Assembly: GCA_028534125.1 (NCBI GenBank)
Contig: CM052816.1
Coordinates: 33,978,001 to 34,042,000, forward strand
Reading direction: 5' to 3'
From: Lama glama
Taxonomy: Eukaryota
Length of the DNA stretch: 64,000 nucleotides
The notes under the pieces are model-generated. The model ran no database searches. It was given only the letters and a program-made list of their open reading frames with translations, and was not told the DNA's origin. Below, in pieces: positions 1 through 14,008 of this stretch. The translations under genes and the position numbers were made by a program. How positions within the stretch are numbered: the first letter of the stretch is position 1; each line of letters starts with the position of its first letter.

Positions 1-1933
1 CTTATATCCTGCTATCTTGCCGAATTATTTTATCAGCTCTAGTAGTTTTTGTGTGGAGCCTTTGGGGTTTTCTATATATGTTATCATGACATTCACATAT
101 AATGACAGTTTTACCTCTTCTCTGCCAATTTGTTTCTCTTTTATTTCTTTTTCTCATTTAATTTCTATGCTTAGGACTTCCGATATTATATTAAATAGAA
201 GTGGTGAGAGTGGGCATCTTTGTCTTGTTCCAGATTTTAGCAGAAAGGCTTTCAACTTTTCACTGTTGAGTATTATGGCTGTAGGTTTGTCATAAATAGC
301 TTTTATTATGTAGAGGTATGTTCCCTCTATATCCACTTTGTTTAGAGTTTTTATCATAAATAGGTGTTGAATTTTATCAAATGCTTTTTCTACATCTATT
401 GATTGATATGATCATGTGACATTTGTCCTTTCTCTTGTTTATGTGGTGTATCACATTGATTGTTTTGTGTATGTTGAACCATCCTTGTGTCCCTGGAATG
501 AACCCAACTTGATCATGGTGTATGATATTTTTTATGTGTTGTTGGATTTTGTTTGCTATGTTCATCAACAATATTGGCCTGTATTTTTCTTTTCTGGTAG
601 TATTTTTTTTTTGCTTTGGTATCAGGGTGGTGGTGGCTTCATAGAATGAATTTGGGAGTATTCCCTTCTCTTCATTCTTTTGGAAGAGTTTGAGAAGGAT
701 CAGTAGAGCTCTTTGTGTATTTGATAGAATTCTCTAGTGAAGCCATGTGGTCCTGGACTTTTGTTTGCAAGGAGGTTTTTTAATTGCTGATTCTATTTCA
801 CTTCTAGTGATTGGTCTGTTCAAATCATCTGTTTCTTCAGTTTTGGTGAACTGTATGTTCTAGAAGCTTGTCCATTTATTCCATGTTGTCCAATTTCTTG
901 CCATACAGTTCATAATGTTCTCTTATGATTTTTTTGTATTCCTGTGGTGTTGATTGTAATTTCTACATTTTCCTTTCTATTTTGTTTATTTTTGTCCTCT
1001 CTTTTCTTGGTGAGCCTGGCCAGAGGTCTGTCAATTTTGTTTACTCTTTCAAATAACCAGGTTCTGGTTTAATTGATTTTTTCTATTTTTTTTAATCTCT
1101 ATTTTATTTATTTCCTCCCTGATCTTCATTATTTCTTTCCTTCTGCTGATGTTAGGTTTTGTTTTTCTTTTTCTACTTCTTTTAGGTGGTAGGTTAGGTT
1201 GTTTATTTGAGCTTGTTCCTGTTTTTTGAGTAAGGCCTATATTGGCATGAACTTCCTTCTTAGCACTGTGTTTGCTGCATCCCATAGATTTTGTGTGGTT
1301 GTGTTTTCATTTTCATTTGTCTCAAGGTATTTTTTAATTTCTTCTTTGATTTCATCATTGACCCACTGGTTTTTTAGTAGCATGCTGTTTTATCTCCATG
1401 CTGTCATTTTTTTTTCTCATTTGTTTTCCTGTGGTTGATTTTCAGTTTCATGTCATTTGTGGTCAGAGAAGATACTTGAAATAATTTCTGTCATCTTAAA
1501 TTTGTTGAGGCTTCTTTTGTGCCCAAGTATGTGGTCTATCCTAGATAATGTTCCATGCGCACTTGAAAAGAATGTATATTCTGTTTTGGAGGGATGTAAT
1601 GTCCTAAAAATATCAACCAAGCCCAACTGTTCTATTGTGTCATTTAGTATATCCATTGTCTTACTGGTTTTCTGTCTGGAAGACCCGTCCAATGATGTTA
1701 GTAGGGTGTGAAAGTCTCCTACTATTATCATATTCATATCAGTTTCTCCTTTTATGTCTGTTAGCATTTGTTTTGTATATTTAGGTGCTCCTGTATTGGA
1801 TGCATATATGTTAATGAATATAATATCGTCATCTTGTATTGCTCCTTTGATCATTATATAGTGTCTTTTATCTTTCTTTATGGCTTTGTTTTAAAGCCCA
1901 TTTTGTCTGTTATGAGTATTGCTGCTCCTGCTT
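1..1933 (-). mobile_element. LINE-1 fragment, ORF2 endonuclease-to-RT region, disrupted; continues beyond window start
   Basis: Minus-strand ORFs give L1 ORF2 motifs ([71 protein letters not shown]) split by frameshifts and stops. Confidence 0.97.
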
Positions 1934-3693
1934 TGGAAGTAATCTTTTGAGACCACCACTGAATCATTTATATTTAAATTTTGAAGTTTGAAGAAAAAAA
2001 TTATTATTATTATTTTTTTACAGTTTAAATACTCCCAGCTCTAAGATTACTTAAGGACAGGTGGAGACCAAAAAGGGAGACAGAGCAAGAGATAAAAACA
2101 AAATTTTATGCAAACTGTGCTGTAATGGCTTAGTATCCTATTTCTCTATTATTCTCTCTTGTCAAGAGTAGTGTTAGTTTAAATTTTGATGTGTTTGTTA
2201 CATTTCCCTAATTGTTGATGGAAAATTCAGAACTCTGAAGAGTTTATTTTCTTCTGTGTTGCTACTACATCATTATTCCTTGAGTATTCCCTGTTCTGAC
2301 TTACCCATCTTCTTGCCAACCTACATGAATCCTGGTTTTTACCGTAATTATGCCCAATATAAAGACAGAAGGGCAGGTATCTGCCCCTGCATGTGGCTAG
2401 AATATATGTGTGAGATAAATATTCTTAAGGATACTGATTTTCCAGTTTTAATACTTACTGAGTAAAAATTAACCTAGATATACAGAAATCACCATTTGTT
2501 TCTTAATAAAAGTGTCAAATTTCAACAAAGCAATAAGAAAAATCCTGAATTTTAAAGCCTAATGAAGATTGCTAAATATATGGACACATCATAAAAATGT
2601 AAATTTCCAAATAATGTTTAAATATGGAATTTGAGATAATGTTTATGGGCAAGCTAAATAGTAGTAAATTCATGAATTTGGAATCTGTTGTAAACAATGG
2701 TTATTAATATTTTGGGTAAGTTTACTTCCAAGAAGTATTGATTTATATTTATGCATCATTGGCAGAAATAAATTCATAGTCTCTGAATTATAACATTAGA
2801 TAATAGTTTTAAGAGAAGGAAGACTCTTTAGAAAAGGGTTGACTGCAGAAGTATAATCATAATCCTGTTTGATAAATTTGCAAATATGAAAGTGACAGTG
2901 TAACAAATTTGTTTTCAGTGTGAAGATGTTGGATCAAGTTTTCTCTAGGTTGGTGGAGGGGAAGGGTGCAAAAGCCTGAGTGTTGGTGACTGTCTTAGGG
3001 TCACCCTGAAAGGAGCTGAAAACCTGTTGAGTTTCTCACTGTTGTGAGACAGATCATCCTTTGTTGTCTCAGTGAACCATCACAAACTCTTAGAGGTGGT
3101 TATTATTATCTCTGTATCACAAACAAAAAATGATGGGACCAAACTAAACAGAAAACATAGGCCTGGAAGGTTAACTAAATTTTTCAAGTTTGCATTCTTA
3201 ATTAGTAAGTAGAATAGCCAGACTGATTGCAAATCTTTCTAATTGCAAAGCCCCTATGCTTTCCTGGCTTTTTTCCTGCAGTAAAACAAACAAAACCTTT
3301 TTTGGATAATGCAGATATTCATTGGACCCATATTTGAAACTACATTTCTGTAACTTGAATGCCTTAGACATCTTTGGGGGAGGAAAATTAACCTGGGCTT
3401 TCAATCAAGAAACCAGTGTGAAAAATGTGGGAATGCCTTCATTCTCGTACTTGAGAGAGTTGGCATCTGGATCTACAACCTATCCAGTATGTGAAGGAGA
3501 AAGTAGAAAGTAGCTAAATGAGTCAGCATGAAGAACCTCAGGATTCTATAATGCATGTTTCCTGGAAGCAATGTATTTTACCAAAAATTAGGTCATGAGA
3601 AGACATTGTTTTTGTTGGTCCACTCATTTGTTTACCCACCCATCTATTCATTCATCACTCTCAGCTTTGAAGAGCTCATAATCATATGTTTGT

Positions 3694-3757
3694 GCAATAC
3701 TATATACTATTATACTGTGTTCGAAGCAATACTATATACTATTATATTGTGTTTGAA
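3694..3757. repeat. 32-bp tandem duplication (2 copies)
   Basis: gcaatactatatactattatactgtgttcgaa followed by gcaatactatatactattatattgtgtttgaa, 2 mismatches. Confidence 0.9.
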
Positions 3758-3809
3758 GTACCTTTTTTATGGAAAAAAAAATCCAGGAAAACTATGTAGA
3801 ATAAACAGC

Positions 3810-3900
3810 CTAGGTATTGTGATTACCATTTTATAGATGAGCATATAAACTTTGAGAGATTAAATAATGTCCTAAAAATCCTGATAGGTCCAGCTTGTCC
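3810..3900 (-). mobile_element. MIR SINE remnant
   Basis: attaccattttatagatgag...gagagattaaataatgtcctaa resembles the reverse MIR core. Confidence 0.55.
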
Positions 3901-5373
3901 TAGGCACAATTTAATTTCTTGTTTTAAACTAAATGCTTGTTCCATGATTAGACCTAGTTAATAAGTGAGATATAAAACTGAGAGTAGTATAAACATAATT
4001 ATGTACTAGTTCCAACATCGAGAGATAATTGAAATCAAATAAATTTTAAGAATAGATATAGTTCAATCAGGGCTAGTGATAAAGTTCTTTTTCTGAAATA
4101 GTAAAAATAGAGCTCTCTTTTAAATTTTCAATATTAATTTTCTAGCATTTCGAGGGTATTTTGAGCCTTTTCATTTTTTGATGCATGTATATTTGCATGA
4201 ATTTCACCTTACCCTTTTTAAAGATGTTCTTTGCATGTTATTCTTTCTCATACCTTCATAATAATTCCACATTTACTAATCTGCATTTTGCTATATTTGT
4301 CATTGCTTTACCCTTTGTTTTTTCAGTCTTTATCATAAAATCGATCTCATTTTTTTGCACTATAATTTTGTCTAGATAATGCAATTGTCAGTCTTTAAAC
4401 AGTAATTTCATTGAGCCAAACCAGATTTTGGAATTCTAAAGAGGTTAAGTTAGATGTTCATCTTCACAAAAACATTTTTTATTCCTTCATTTTCTACCAT
4501 AGGATCTATAAACATTTAAAATAAATCCTGAGTGACTGGTAATGAGCTGCCTGAAGATGGATAATATTAAATAAAGCTATAAAAACTTAAATGAAAGGAG
4601 GCCACGCCCAACTAATTTATGAGAAAGGGAATTTTTAACACTAACACATTCTCAACAGTTTAAAAAAAAGTGTAACATGTGACAGTTTGAAACTTACATC
4701 TTCATTTATTACTGATTCCTGCCAAAGGAAAATATTCCTCTAGTCCTTTCAGAAGAAGACATAATTAAGAATCAGTCATGGGCATTATTGAATATAAATA
4801 GGAAAATTTAGAAAATTGCTGTTTCCTGAATAAAAATTGCTTAAATATCGTGGAATTGTTTGTTAGCTTTTTTTTTATATTAGGACATATTCAGTTCAAC
4901 CTAAATCTAAATCCTAGGACATCTTCAATGAAAGTTAAATATAAAGCCTTTTTTGTGTTTTACTTAACCAAATTTTGTTCTGTAGAAACTTTTTGCTGAC
5001 TTCAAGGAGAGTTTAGATTATGCACAGAGAATTGAAATTCTCACTTATTGAAACATCTATATTACGTCAACCGATTGCTTAATTTCTTCCTAAGTAAATA
5101 TTATCAATGATTATGAGGTTCTGTAGAAAGTATACAAATTTAAAATAAAAATTATATCATTAAATTTTTTAAATTTCAAGACTGATCTCCTTCATGCCTA
5201 ATTGTTTGTTTCAATGAAATTTCTTGTTATAATATTTAAAATCCTTTGGGAAGTTGCATTTATTTCTTTTAAAGCTTGTTTTTATTTGATAAGAATAATG
5301 TAATACTAGCCAAAGAAAATAAAGATACATTTTAACTTTTGTTTAATAATACATTACTTTTTCTCTCATCTAA

Positions 5374-5661
<288 letters not shown>

Positions 5662-5682
5662 TAAAAGTGAAGCACTATTCAC

Positions 5683-6830
5683 TTTTTTTTTTGTACATAT
5701 ATATTTTTATTGAAGTATAGTCAGGTCACAATTTTGTGTCAATTTCTGGTTTACAGCACAATGCTTCAGTCACACATGAACATATATATATATATTCATT
5801 TTCACCATAAGTTACTACAAGATACTGAATTTCCCGTGCTATATAGTTTGAACTTGTTGTTCATATATTTTATGTATATTAGTAACTATGAATCTCAAAC
5901 TCCCAACTAATCCCTTCTTACCACCTCCTCCCTGGTAATCATAAGTTTGTTTCCTATGTCTGTGAATCTGTTTCTGTTTTATGAATAAGTTTGTCTTTTT
6001 TTTTATTATTATTAGCTTAGATTCCACATATAAGTGATACCATATGGTATTTTTCTTTCTTTCTGGCTTACTTCACTTAAAACGACAATCTCCAGGTCCA
6101 TGCATGTTGCTGCAATTGGCATTATTTTACTCTCTTTTTATGGCTGAATAGTATTCCATTGTATAAATATACCACAGCTTCTTTATCCATTCACATGTCG
6201 ATGGACATTTAGGTTGTTTCCATGTCTTGGCTATTGTAAATAGTACTGCTATGAATATTTGGGTGTATGTATATTTTTGAATTAAGGTTACCTCTGGATA
6301 TATGCCCGGGAGTGGGATTGCTGGATCATAAGGTAAGTCTATTTTTAGTTTTTTCAGGAATCTCCATCCTGTTTTCCATAACGTATGTAACAAACGTAGC
6401 TGCAGCAAACTACATTCCCACCAACAGTGTAGGAGGTTCCCCTTTTCCCCACAACCTCTCCAGCACTTATTGTTTGTGAACTTTTGAATGATGGCCATTC
6501 TGACTGTTGTGAGATATACCTATTGTAGCTTTGATTTGCATTTCTGTGATAATTAGCAATAATGAGCATGTTTTCATGTGCCTATTGGCCATTTGTATGT
6601 CTTCATTGGAGAATTGCCTGTTTAGGCCTACTGCCCATTTTGGATTAGGTTGTTTGTCTCTTTCTTATTAAGTTGTATGAGGTGTTCACATATTCTGGAA
6701 AACTGCCCTTGTCAGTCTCATCTTTTGCAAATATTTTCTCCCATTCCATATGGTTTGTTTTGCTTATGGTTTCTTTTGCTGTGCAAAGCTTATAAGCTTA
6801 ATTAGGTTCCATTTGTTTATTTGTGCTTTT
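5683..6830 (-). mobile_element. L1 3' end, tandem unit 1 (tail, 3'UTR, ORF2 C-terminus)
   Basis: T-run at ~5683, 3'UTR, ORF2 C-terminal motifs [15 protein letters not shown] and [27 protein letters not shown]. Confidence 0.95.
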
Positions 6831-7983
6831 TTTATGGATATATATTTATATTGAAGTGTAATCAATTTACAATGTTGTGTCAATTTCTGGTGTACAGCAC
6901 AGAGCTTCAATCACACATGAACATACATCTATTTTTTTTTCATATTCTTTTTCACCATGTTACTAAAATATATTGAATATACTTCCCTGTGCTATACAGT
7001 ATAAGCTTGTTGCTGATCTATTTTATAGATATATATGTAAGTTAATATCTGTGAATCTCAATATCCCAATTTATCCCTTCCTTCCCCCGTTCCCCCGGTA
7101 ACCATAAGTTTGTTTTGTATGTGTCTGAATCTGCTTCTGTTTTGTAAATAAGTTTGACTTTTTTTTAAGATTCCACATATGAATGATATCATATGGTATT
7201 TTTCCTTCTTTTTCTGGCTTACTTCACTTAGAATGAGAATCTCCAGGTCCATCCATGTTACTGCACATGGCATTATTTTATTCTCTTTTATTGCTGAGTA
7301 GTATTCTCTTGTATAAATATACCATAGCTTCTTTATCCAGTCATCTGTCATTGGACATTTAGGTTGTTTCCATGTTTTGGCTGTTGTAAATAGTGCTGCT
7401 TTGAACATTTGGGTGTTATGTATATTTTTGAATTAAGATTCCCTCTGGATATATGCCCAGGAGTGGGATTGCGGATCATAAGGTAAGTCTATTTTTAGTT
7501 TTTTCAGGAATCTCCATACTGTTTTCCGTTAAGGTATGTAACGAATGTAGCTGCAGCAAACTACATTCCCACCAATAGGGCAGGAGGGCCCCTTTTCCCC
7601 ACAGCCTCTCCAACATTTATCATTTGTGGACTTTTGAATGATGGCCATTCTGACTGTTGGGAGATGTACCTCATTGTAGCTTTGATTTGCATTTCTGTGA
7701 TAATTAGCAATAGTGAGTGTGTTTTCATATGCCTATTGGCTACTTGTATGTCTTGATTGGAGAATTGCTTATTGAGGGTTACTGCCCATTTTTGGATTGG
7801 GTTGTTTGTTTTTTCTTATTAAGTTGTATGAGATGTTTACATATTCTGGAAATTAAGCCCTTGTCAGTCTCTTCTTTTGCAAATGTTTTCTCCCATTCCA
7901 CAGGTTGCCATTTGTTTTGCTTATGGTTTCTTTTGCATGCAAAAGCTTATGTTTAATTAGGTCCCATTTGTTTATTTGTGCTC
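6831..7983 (-). mobile_element. L1 3' end, tandem unit 2
   Basis: Colinear with unit 1 at a period of ~1150 bp; stops at the same ORF2 position (tttgtgct). Confidence 0.95.
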
Positions 7984-8176
7984 TTTTATTAATATATTCA
8001 TATTGAAGTATAGTCAATGTATAATATTGTATCAATTTCTTGTGTACAGCAGAATGCTTCAGTCACACATGAACATAAATATATTTGTTTTCATGTTCGT
8101 CTTCACCATGTTACTACAATATATTGCATATACTTCCTTGTGGTACACAGTATAAACTTGTTTATCTATTTTATAC

Positions 8177-8226
<50 letters not shown>

Positions 8227-10905
8227 ATATCTGCAAATCTCAATATCTCAATTTATCTCTTCCTTCCACCTTTCCCTGTGGTAACCATAAGTTTGTTTTC
8301 TATGTTTGTGAGTCTGCTTCTGTTTTGTTCATAAGTTCGCTTGGTTTTTTTTTAGATTCCACATATGAGTGATATCATATATTCTTTTTTCTCTTTCTGG
8401 CTTACTTCACTTAGAATGTGAAGTCCATCCTTGTTGCTGCAAATGGCATTATTTTTATTCTCTTTTATGGCTGAGTAGTATTCCATTGCATAAATATACT
8501 ACAGCTTCTTTATCCATTCATGTGTCAATGGACATTTAACTTGTTTCCACGTCTTGCCTATTGTAAATACTGCTGCTATAAACATTGGGGTGTATGCATA
8601 TTTTTGAATTAAGGTTCCCTCTGGATATATGCCCAGGAATGGGATTGCTGGATCACAAGGTAAGTCTATTTTTAGTCTTTTCAGGAATCTCCATACTGTC
8701 TTGCATAACGTATGTAACAAATGTAGCTGGTGAAGTGTAGTTTTCACCAACAGTGTAGGAGGTTTCCCTTTTCCCAAAACCTCTCCGGCATTTATTGTTT
8801 GTGAACTTTTGAATGATGGCCATTCTGACTTGTGAGATGTACCTCATTGTAGCTTTGATTTGCATTTCTGTGATAATTAGCGATAATGAGTATTTTTTCA
8901 CGTGCCTATTGGCCACTTGTATGTCTTCATTGGAGAATTGCATTTTTAGCTTTACTGCCCATTTTTGTATTGGGTTGTTTGTTTTTTTCTTATTAAGTTG
9001 TATGAGGTGTTTATATATTCTGGAAATTAAGCCCTTTATCAGTCTCTTCTTTTGCAAATATTTTCTCCCATTCCACAGGTTGCCATTTGTTTTGCTTATG
9101 GTTTCATTAGCTCTTCAGAAGCTTATAAGTTTAATTAGGTCCCATTTATTTATTTGTGCATTTATTTCTATAGCTTGGGTAGACTGCCCTAAGAGAATTT
9201 TGCTGAGATTTATGTCAGATAATGTTTTGCCTATGTTTTCTTTTAAGAGGTTTATAGTCTGATATTTAAGTCTTTAAGCCATTTTGAGTTCATTTTTGTG
9301 TATGGTGTGATGGAGTATTCTAACTTCATTGATTTACATGAAGCTGTCCAGTTATCCCAATACCATTTGTTGAGGAGACTGTCATTACTGCATTGTATGT
9401 TCTTGCCTCCTTTGTCAAATATTAATTGACCAAAAGTTTGTGGGTTTATTTCTGGGCTGTCTGTTCTGTTTCACTGATTCATATGTATATTTTTGTATGA
9501 ACACCATGCTGTTTTGAGTCCTGTAGCTCTGTAGTATTGTCTGAAGTCTACCAGCTTCGTCCTTTTTCTTCAATATTACTTTGGCAATTCTGGGTCTTTG
9601 TTTTTCCATATAAATTTTAGGATTATTTGTTCTAGTTCTGTGATAAGTATCCTGGGTAATTTGGTAGGGATCACATTAAATCTGTAGCTTTCTTTGTGTA
9701 GTATGGCCATTTTAACAATAATAATTCTCCAGTCCAAAAGCATGGAATATCTTTCCGTTTGTTTAAGTCATTTTTAATTTCCTTGGTCAATGTTTTGTAG
9801 TTTTCCATGTATAACACTTTCACTTCCTTGGTCAGGTTTATTGATAGTATTTTATTATTTGGATACAATTTTAAAAAATGATTGTTTCTTTGCTTTTCTT
9901 TTCTGATACTTCAGTGTTATTGCAAAAATATGCAGCTGATTTCTGTGTGTTAATCTTGCATCCTGCTACCTTGCCAAATTCTTTTTTCATTTCTAGTAGT
10001 ATTTGTGTGGAGCCTGTAGGGTTTTCTATATATAGTATCGTGATATCCACATATAAGACAATTTTCCTCTTTTCTTCCAATTTGGATCCCTTTTATTTCT
10101 TTTTCTTGTTCAATTTCTATGCCTAGGGCCTACAATACTTTATTGAATAAAAGTGGTGAGAGTGGGCATCCTTATCTTGTTCCAGATTTTAGCAGGAAGA
10201 TTTTCAACTTTTCACCATTGAGTATTATGCTGGCTTATTTTCATTATAAATAATTTTTATTATGTTGAGATATGTTTCATATATACCCCCTTTTTTAGAG
10301 TTTTTTTTACCTTAAATGGGTATTGAAGTTTATCAAATGCTTTTTCTGCATCAATTGATTGATATGATCATGTGATATTTGTCCTTTCTCTTGTTGATGT
10401 GTTTTATCATGTTGATTGATTTGTGCATGTTGAAGCATCCTTGTGTCCCTGGGATGAATCCAACTTGATCATGGTGTATGATCTTTTTTATGTGTTGTTT
10501 GATTATGTTTGCTAATATTTTGTTGAGGATTTTTGCATCTGTGTTCATCAACAATATTGGCCTGTAGTTTTCTTTTCTGATAGTGTCTTTATCTAGCTTT
10601 GGTATCAGTGTGGTGGTGGCTTCATACAATGAGTTTGGGAGTATTGCCTCCTCTTCTGTCTGTTGGAAGAGTTTGAGAAGGATTGGTATGGCTTTTCTTT
10701 GTATATTTGATAGAATTCCCCAGTGAAGCCATGTGGTCCTGGACTTTTGTTTGCAGGGAGGTTTTTTATTGCTAGTTCTATTTTACTTCTAGCAATTGGT
10801 CCATTCATATCTGTTTCTTCTTGATTCAGTTTTGGTGTACTGTATGTTTGTAGAAACTTATCCGTTTTTTCCAAGTTGTCCAATTTATTGCCATATAATT
10901 GTTCA
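7984..10905 (-). mobile_element. L1, tandem unit 3, extending through the ORF2 RT domain; 5' truncated
   Basis: Same 3' end as units 1-2, then RT-region peptides ([36 protein letters not shown]); (TA)n near 8176-8221. Confidence 0.95.
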
Positions 10906-10929
10906 ATTAGTTTCTCTTTTTTTAATTTG

Positions 10930-12830
10930 AATTTTTGCTCTACCACCCTCTAGATACTTTATCATGAGGAAGTATTCCCTTTTCAGAAAGTTTCTTCATG
11001 CTTAAAATAGATATTATTACATAATATAAGTTATTGTTTAAGTAAATGAAAGCCTCGGTCTCATACTGACTTACATTTGCCTAGTTTACTCCCTTCTCTC
11101 CCTATAATTATTGCTTGTGTATCCTTCCAGAGTGTATAAAACATAAATATAAGAAATTATAAGTCTATTTTTAATTTTCTCTCCATGTCACAGTATGGTT
11201 TGTGGATTTGTTTTCATCTGTTTAAAAAGATCTTTTAATTTTAAGATTAAAATGTTGTCACATTTCTCCTAGTAGTTTTAATGATTCATTTTGAACATAT
11301 TCGTCACTGGTCCATTTGAAATTCTTTTTGGTGTGTAGTGTGAGGTGTCGATCCAGATGGCTATTGAGTTTTTCCAACAATATTTGTTAAATCATCTATT
11401 TTCCTTCAACATTGTAACTGATTTTAAATGTTATCTTTATAAAACACTAAATGCCCATTTCTTTTTCTTTTTCTATGTACTAGAATAATTTCAGTAATTC
11501 AGAATTATCTATCCTTTAAGCTTTGGTGGAATTTCCTCTTAAACCTTTAGTACCTTATGGCTCTTCTATGGGTAGTTCTTTGTCAGATTCTCCTATTTTA
11601 TATGGCTCTTCAAAAGGCTGATGTTCAGCCATAATGTGCATGTACAGGTAGGTTCAGTTCTTATTCTTTGAGGCCCCTGCCATAAGAGTCTCTGGAGTGT
11701 TTGTCCTGAATATCAGTCCCTTTAGATCTTCCTCTCTCTCTTTAAATTGAAGCATGGTTGATTTACAGTGTGGTGTTTGTCTCTGGTGTACAGCATAGTG
11801 ATTCAAGTATACATTTGTATACATTCTTTTTCATTATACGTTATTATAAGATACTGAATATCATTCCCTGTGCTATACAGTAGGACCTTATTATTTATTT
11901 ATTTTGTACATAGTAGTTTATATCTGCTGATTCCAAACTTCTAATTTATCCCTCCTCTACCCATTCCCCTTGGGTTACCATATGTTTGTTTTCTATGTTT
12001 ATGAGTCTGTTTCTGTTTTGTATATAAGTTCATTTGTGTGATTTTTTTTCCAGATTCGACATATAAGTGATATCATATATTTGTCTTCTTCTGTCTGACT
12101 TACTTCTTTTAATGTGATAATCTCTTGATTTATCCATGCTGTTGCAAATGGCATTACTTCATTTTTTTTCATGGCTGAGAAGTATTCCATTGTATAAATA
12201 CACCACAACTTCTTTATCCAGTTGTCTGTCAATGGACATTTAGGTTGCTTCCATGATTTGGCTATTGGCTGCTATTAACATTGGAGTGCATGTATCTTTT
12301 TGAATTAGGGTTTTCTCTGGGTTATATGCCTAGGAGTGGGATTGCTGGATCATATGGTAAATCTGTTTTTAGTTTTTTAATGAATCTCCACACTGTTTCC
12401 CATACATCTTTTTAATTCAATTTTAACAAATTATGCTTTCTTCAGTATTAAGTATTTTATCCCATTTTTCAAAATTTATTTGGCCATTGTTCAACAAAAT
12501 TGTGTCATAAGATTCCTTTCATTCTCTGTTTCTGTGGTTACTTCCCCATTTAACCAGTTCTTACTTTGTGTGTTTGCATTTTTTCCCTTTTTTTCTCCTT
12601 AATTAGTTTATTTGGTATTTAATCTATTTTATGTTTTTTTTTTTCCAATGAACCAGCTTTTGGATTCTAACTCGTGTATTTTTGTTCCTGTGTCTGTGAG
12701 TCTGTTACTTCTTTTCTTCCATCTGTTTTGTGGTTCATTTTCTATTTTCTTGAAGAAAACAGTAAATTATTTGGGAAATTTTCTTAGTATTTGCCTAAAT
12801 CATTGTTTGAGTTCCATAATCATGTGACTG
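10930..12830 (-). mobile_element. Highly degraded ancient L1 (L1M/L1ME-like) fragments hosting a younger L1
   Basis: Decayed antisense L1 phrases (tccatttgaaattctttttggtgtgtagtgtgagg; ttggtggaatttcctct; aaccagcttttggattc). Confidence 0.6.
11741..12402 (-). mobile_element. 5'-truncated L1 3' end
   Basis: 3'UTR plus WIKKLWCIYTMEYFSAMKKNEVMPFATAW; possible degenerate TSD tagatctt / tacatctt. Confidence 0.92.
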
Positions 12831-13904
12831 TTGCTGCCCAAAGGCAGACTTTACTGTAGGTGTAGTAATTGGGTGGGACAAGGCCAGGAGGCAGGCTTTC
12901 CTCTTCTGTACACAAATAGTTAAGAGAAAAGAAGACACATATTGAGAAGAGTTTTAATATAAGTTTAAGCATTTTTTCCAAGAATTTAAAAACCAGTGAA
13001 GAAAATATATATATTTGAGGTTAAGAAATACAAAGAATACACTTTATTAGTCTCCTGTGCAGTCCAGAAATAAATATTATTAAAAATATTCTTCAGCATA
13101 TATCATAAATACTTATAAAATTGCAGTATGTTCAAGGTACAATGAAAAGGCCAGCTTTAAGTGTTAGGGGTTTTGAGATTTGCTTTTGAATCCCCAATGT
13201 CTTCTGTACCTTCTCAAGGACCACAGACACCAAACAAAAATTAACCTGGGACCACAGGGAGGTCACTGTACAAGTGTGCTTTGGTTTCTCATCATGGTCA
13301 ATTAAAGGAAAAATAGTGAAAAAGAAACTAGAAAAATAGAAGAAACTGAGTATTGGCAAAAGGAGATGAAAGCAGCAGCAGGGGAAAATGTAAATAGACA
13401 GTTAAAAGGCAGGTGGGGATGAATGGTGCCCCCTGGGACGAAGAAAGGAAAGACCAAGGAGGATAAAGACAAGGAAACATAGTGGAGATGCTTAAAATAG
13501 CAGAGCAGAGAAATGAAAGGAGCAGAAAGAAAGATAAGAGATCAAAAGGAAAGGGAGAAGGTGTAAGTAAGGGGAGAGACATACTGAGAATGGGAAGTAC
13601 ACATGGACGGGGTTTGGGGATGGGGAAGAGAATATATGGGTCAGAGAAGGAGACAAAAGAGGCATGGGTGCGGTTAAGACCCATAGAGTCCTGTAGGCTT
13701 TGAAGGATTCGTAAATGAGACCTCTCATCAGAGCCTACCGTTCATTACGTAAATGAGTATCATTCATCACTGATGTTTGAAAAAATGTTATCTCCTTATC
13801 CGTTTTAGCTCATTACAGTGTCTGGAAATTACACTGAGAGTCTCTGGTTCTAACGAGAGAGCAGCTGCAACACAGCAGCCTGAGCTCCCCCTAGCAGAAG
13901 CCCC

Positions 13905-14008
13905 TCAGGGTAGCACAGGGTACCTCTCACAGGGTACCTCTCCCATTGCATCCTGCATGCTGTGATGCATGGGAACAGTGCCCCCTGGAGTTGTGCATAT
14001 TGCCAGCT
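13905..14008. mobile_element. MER91-like hAT DNA transposon relic with an internal 14-bp tandem duplication
   Basis: gtgccccctggagttgtgca resembles the MER91 subterminal sequence; cacagggtacctct occurs twice in tandem. Confidence 0.55.
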
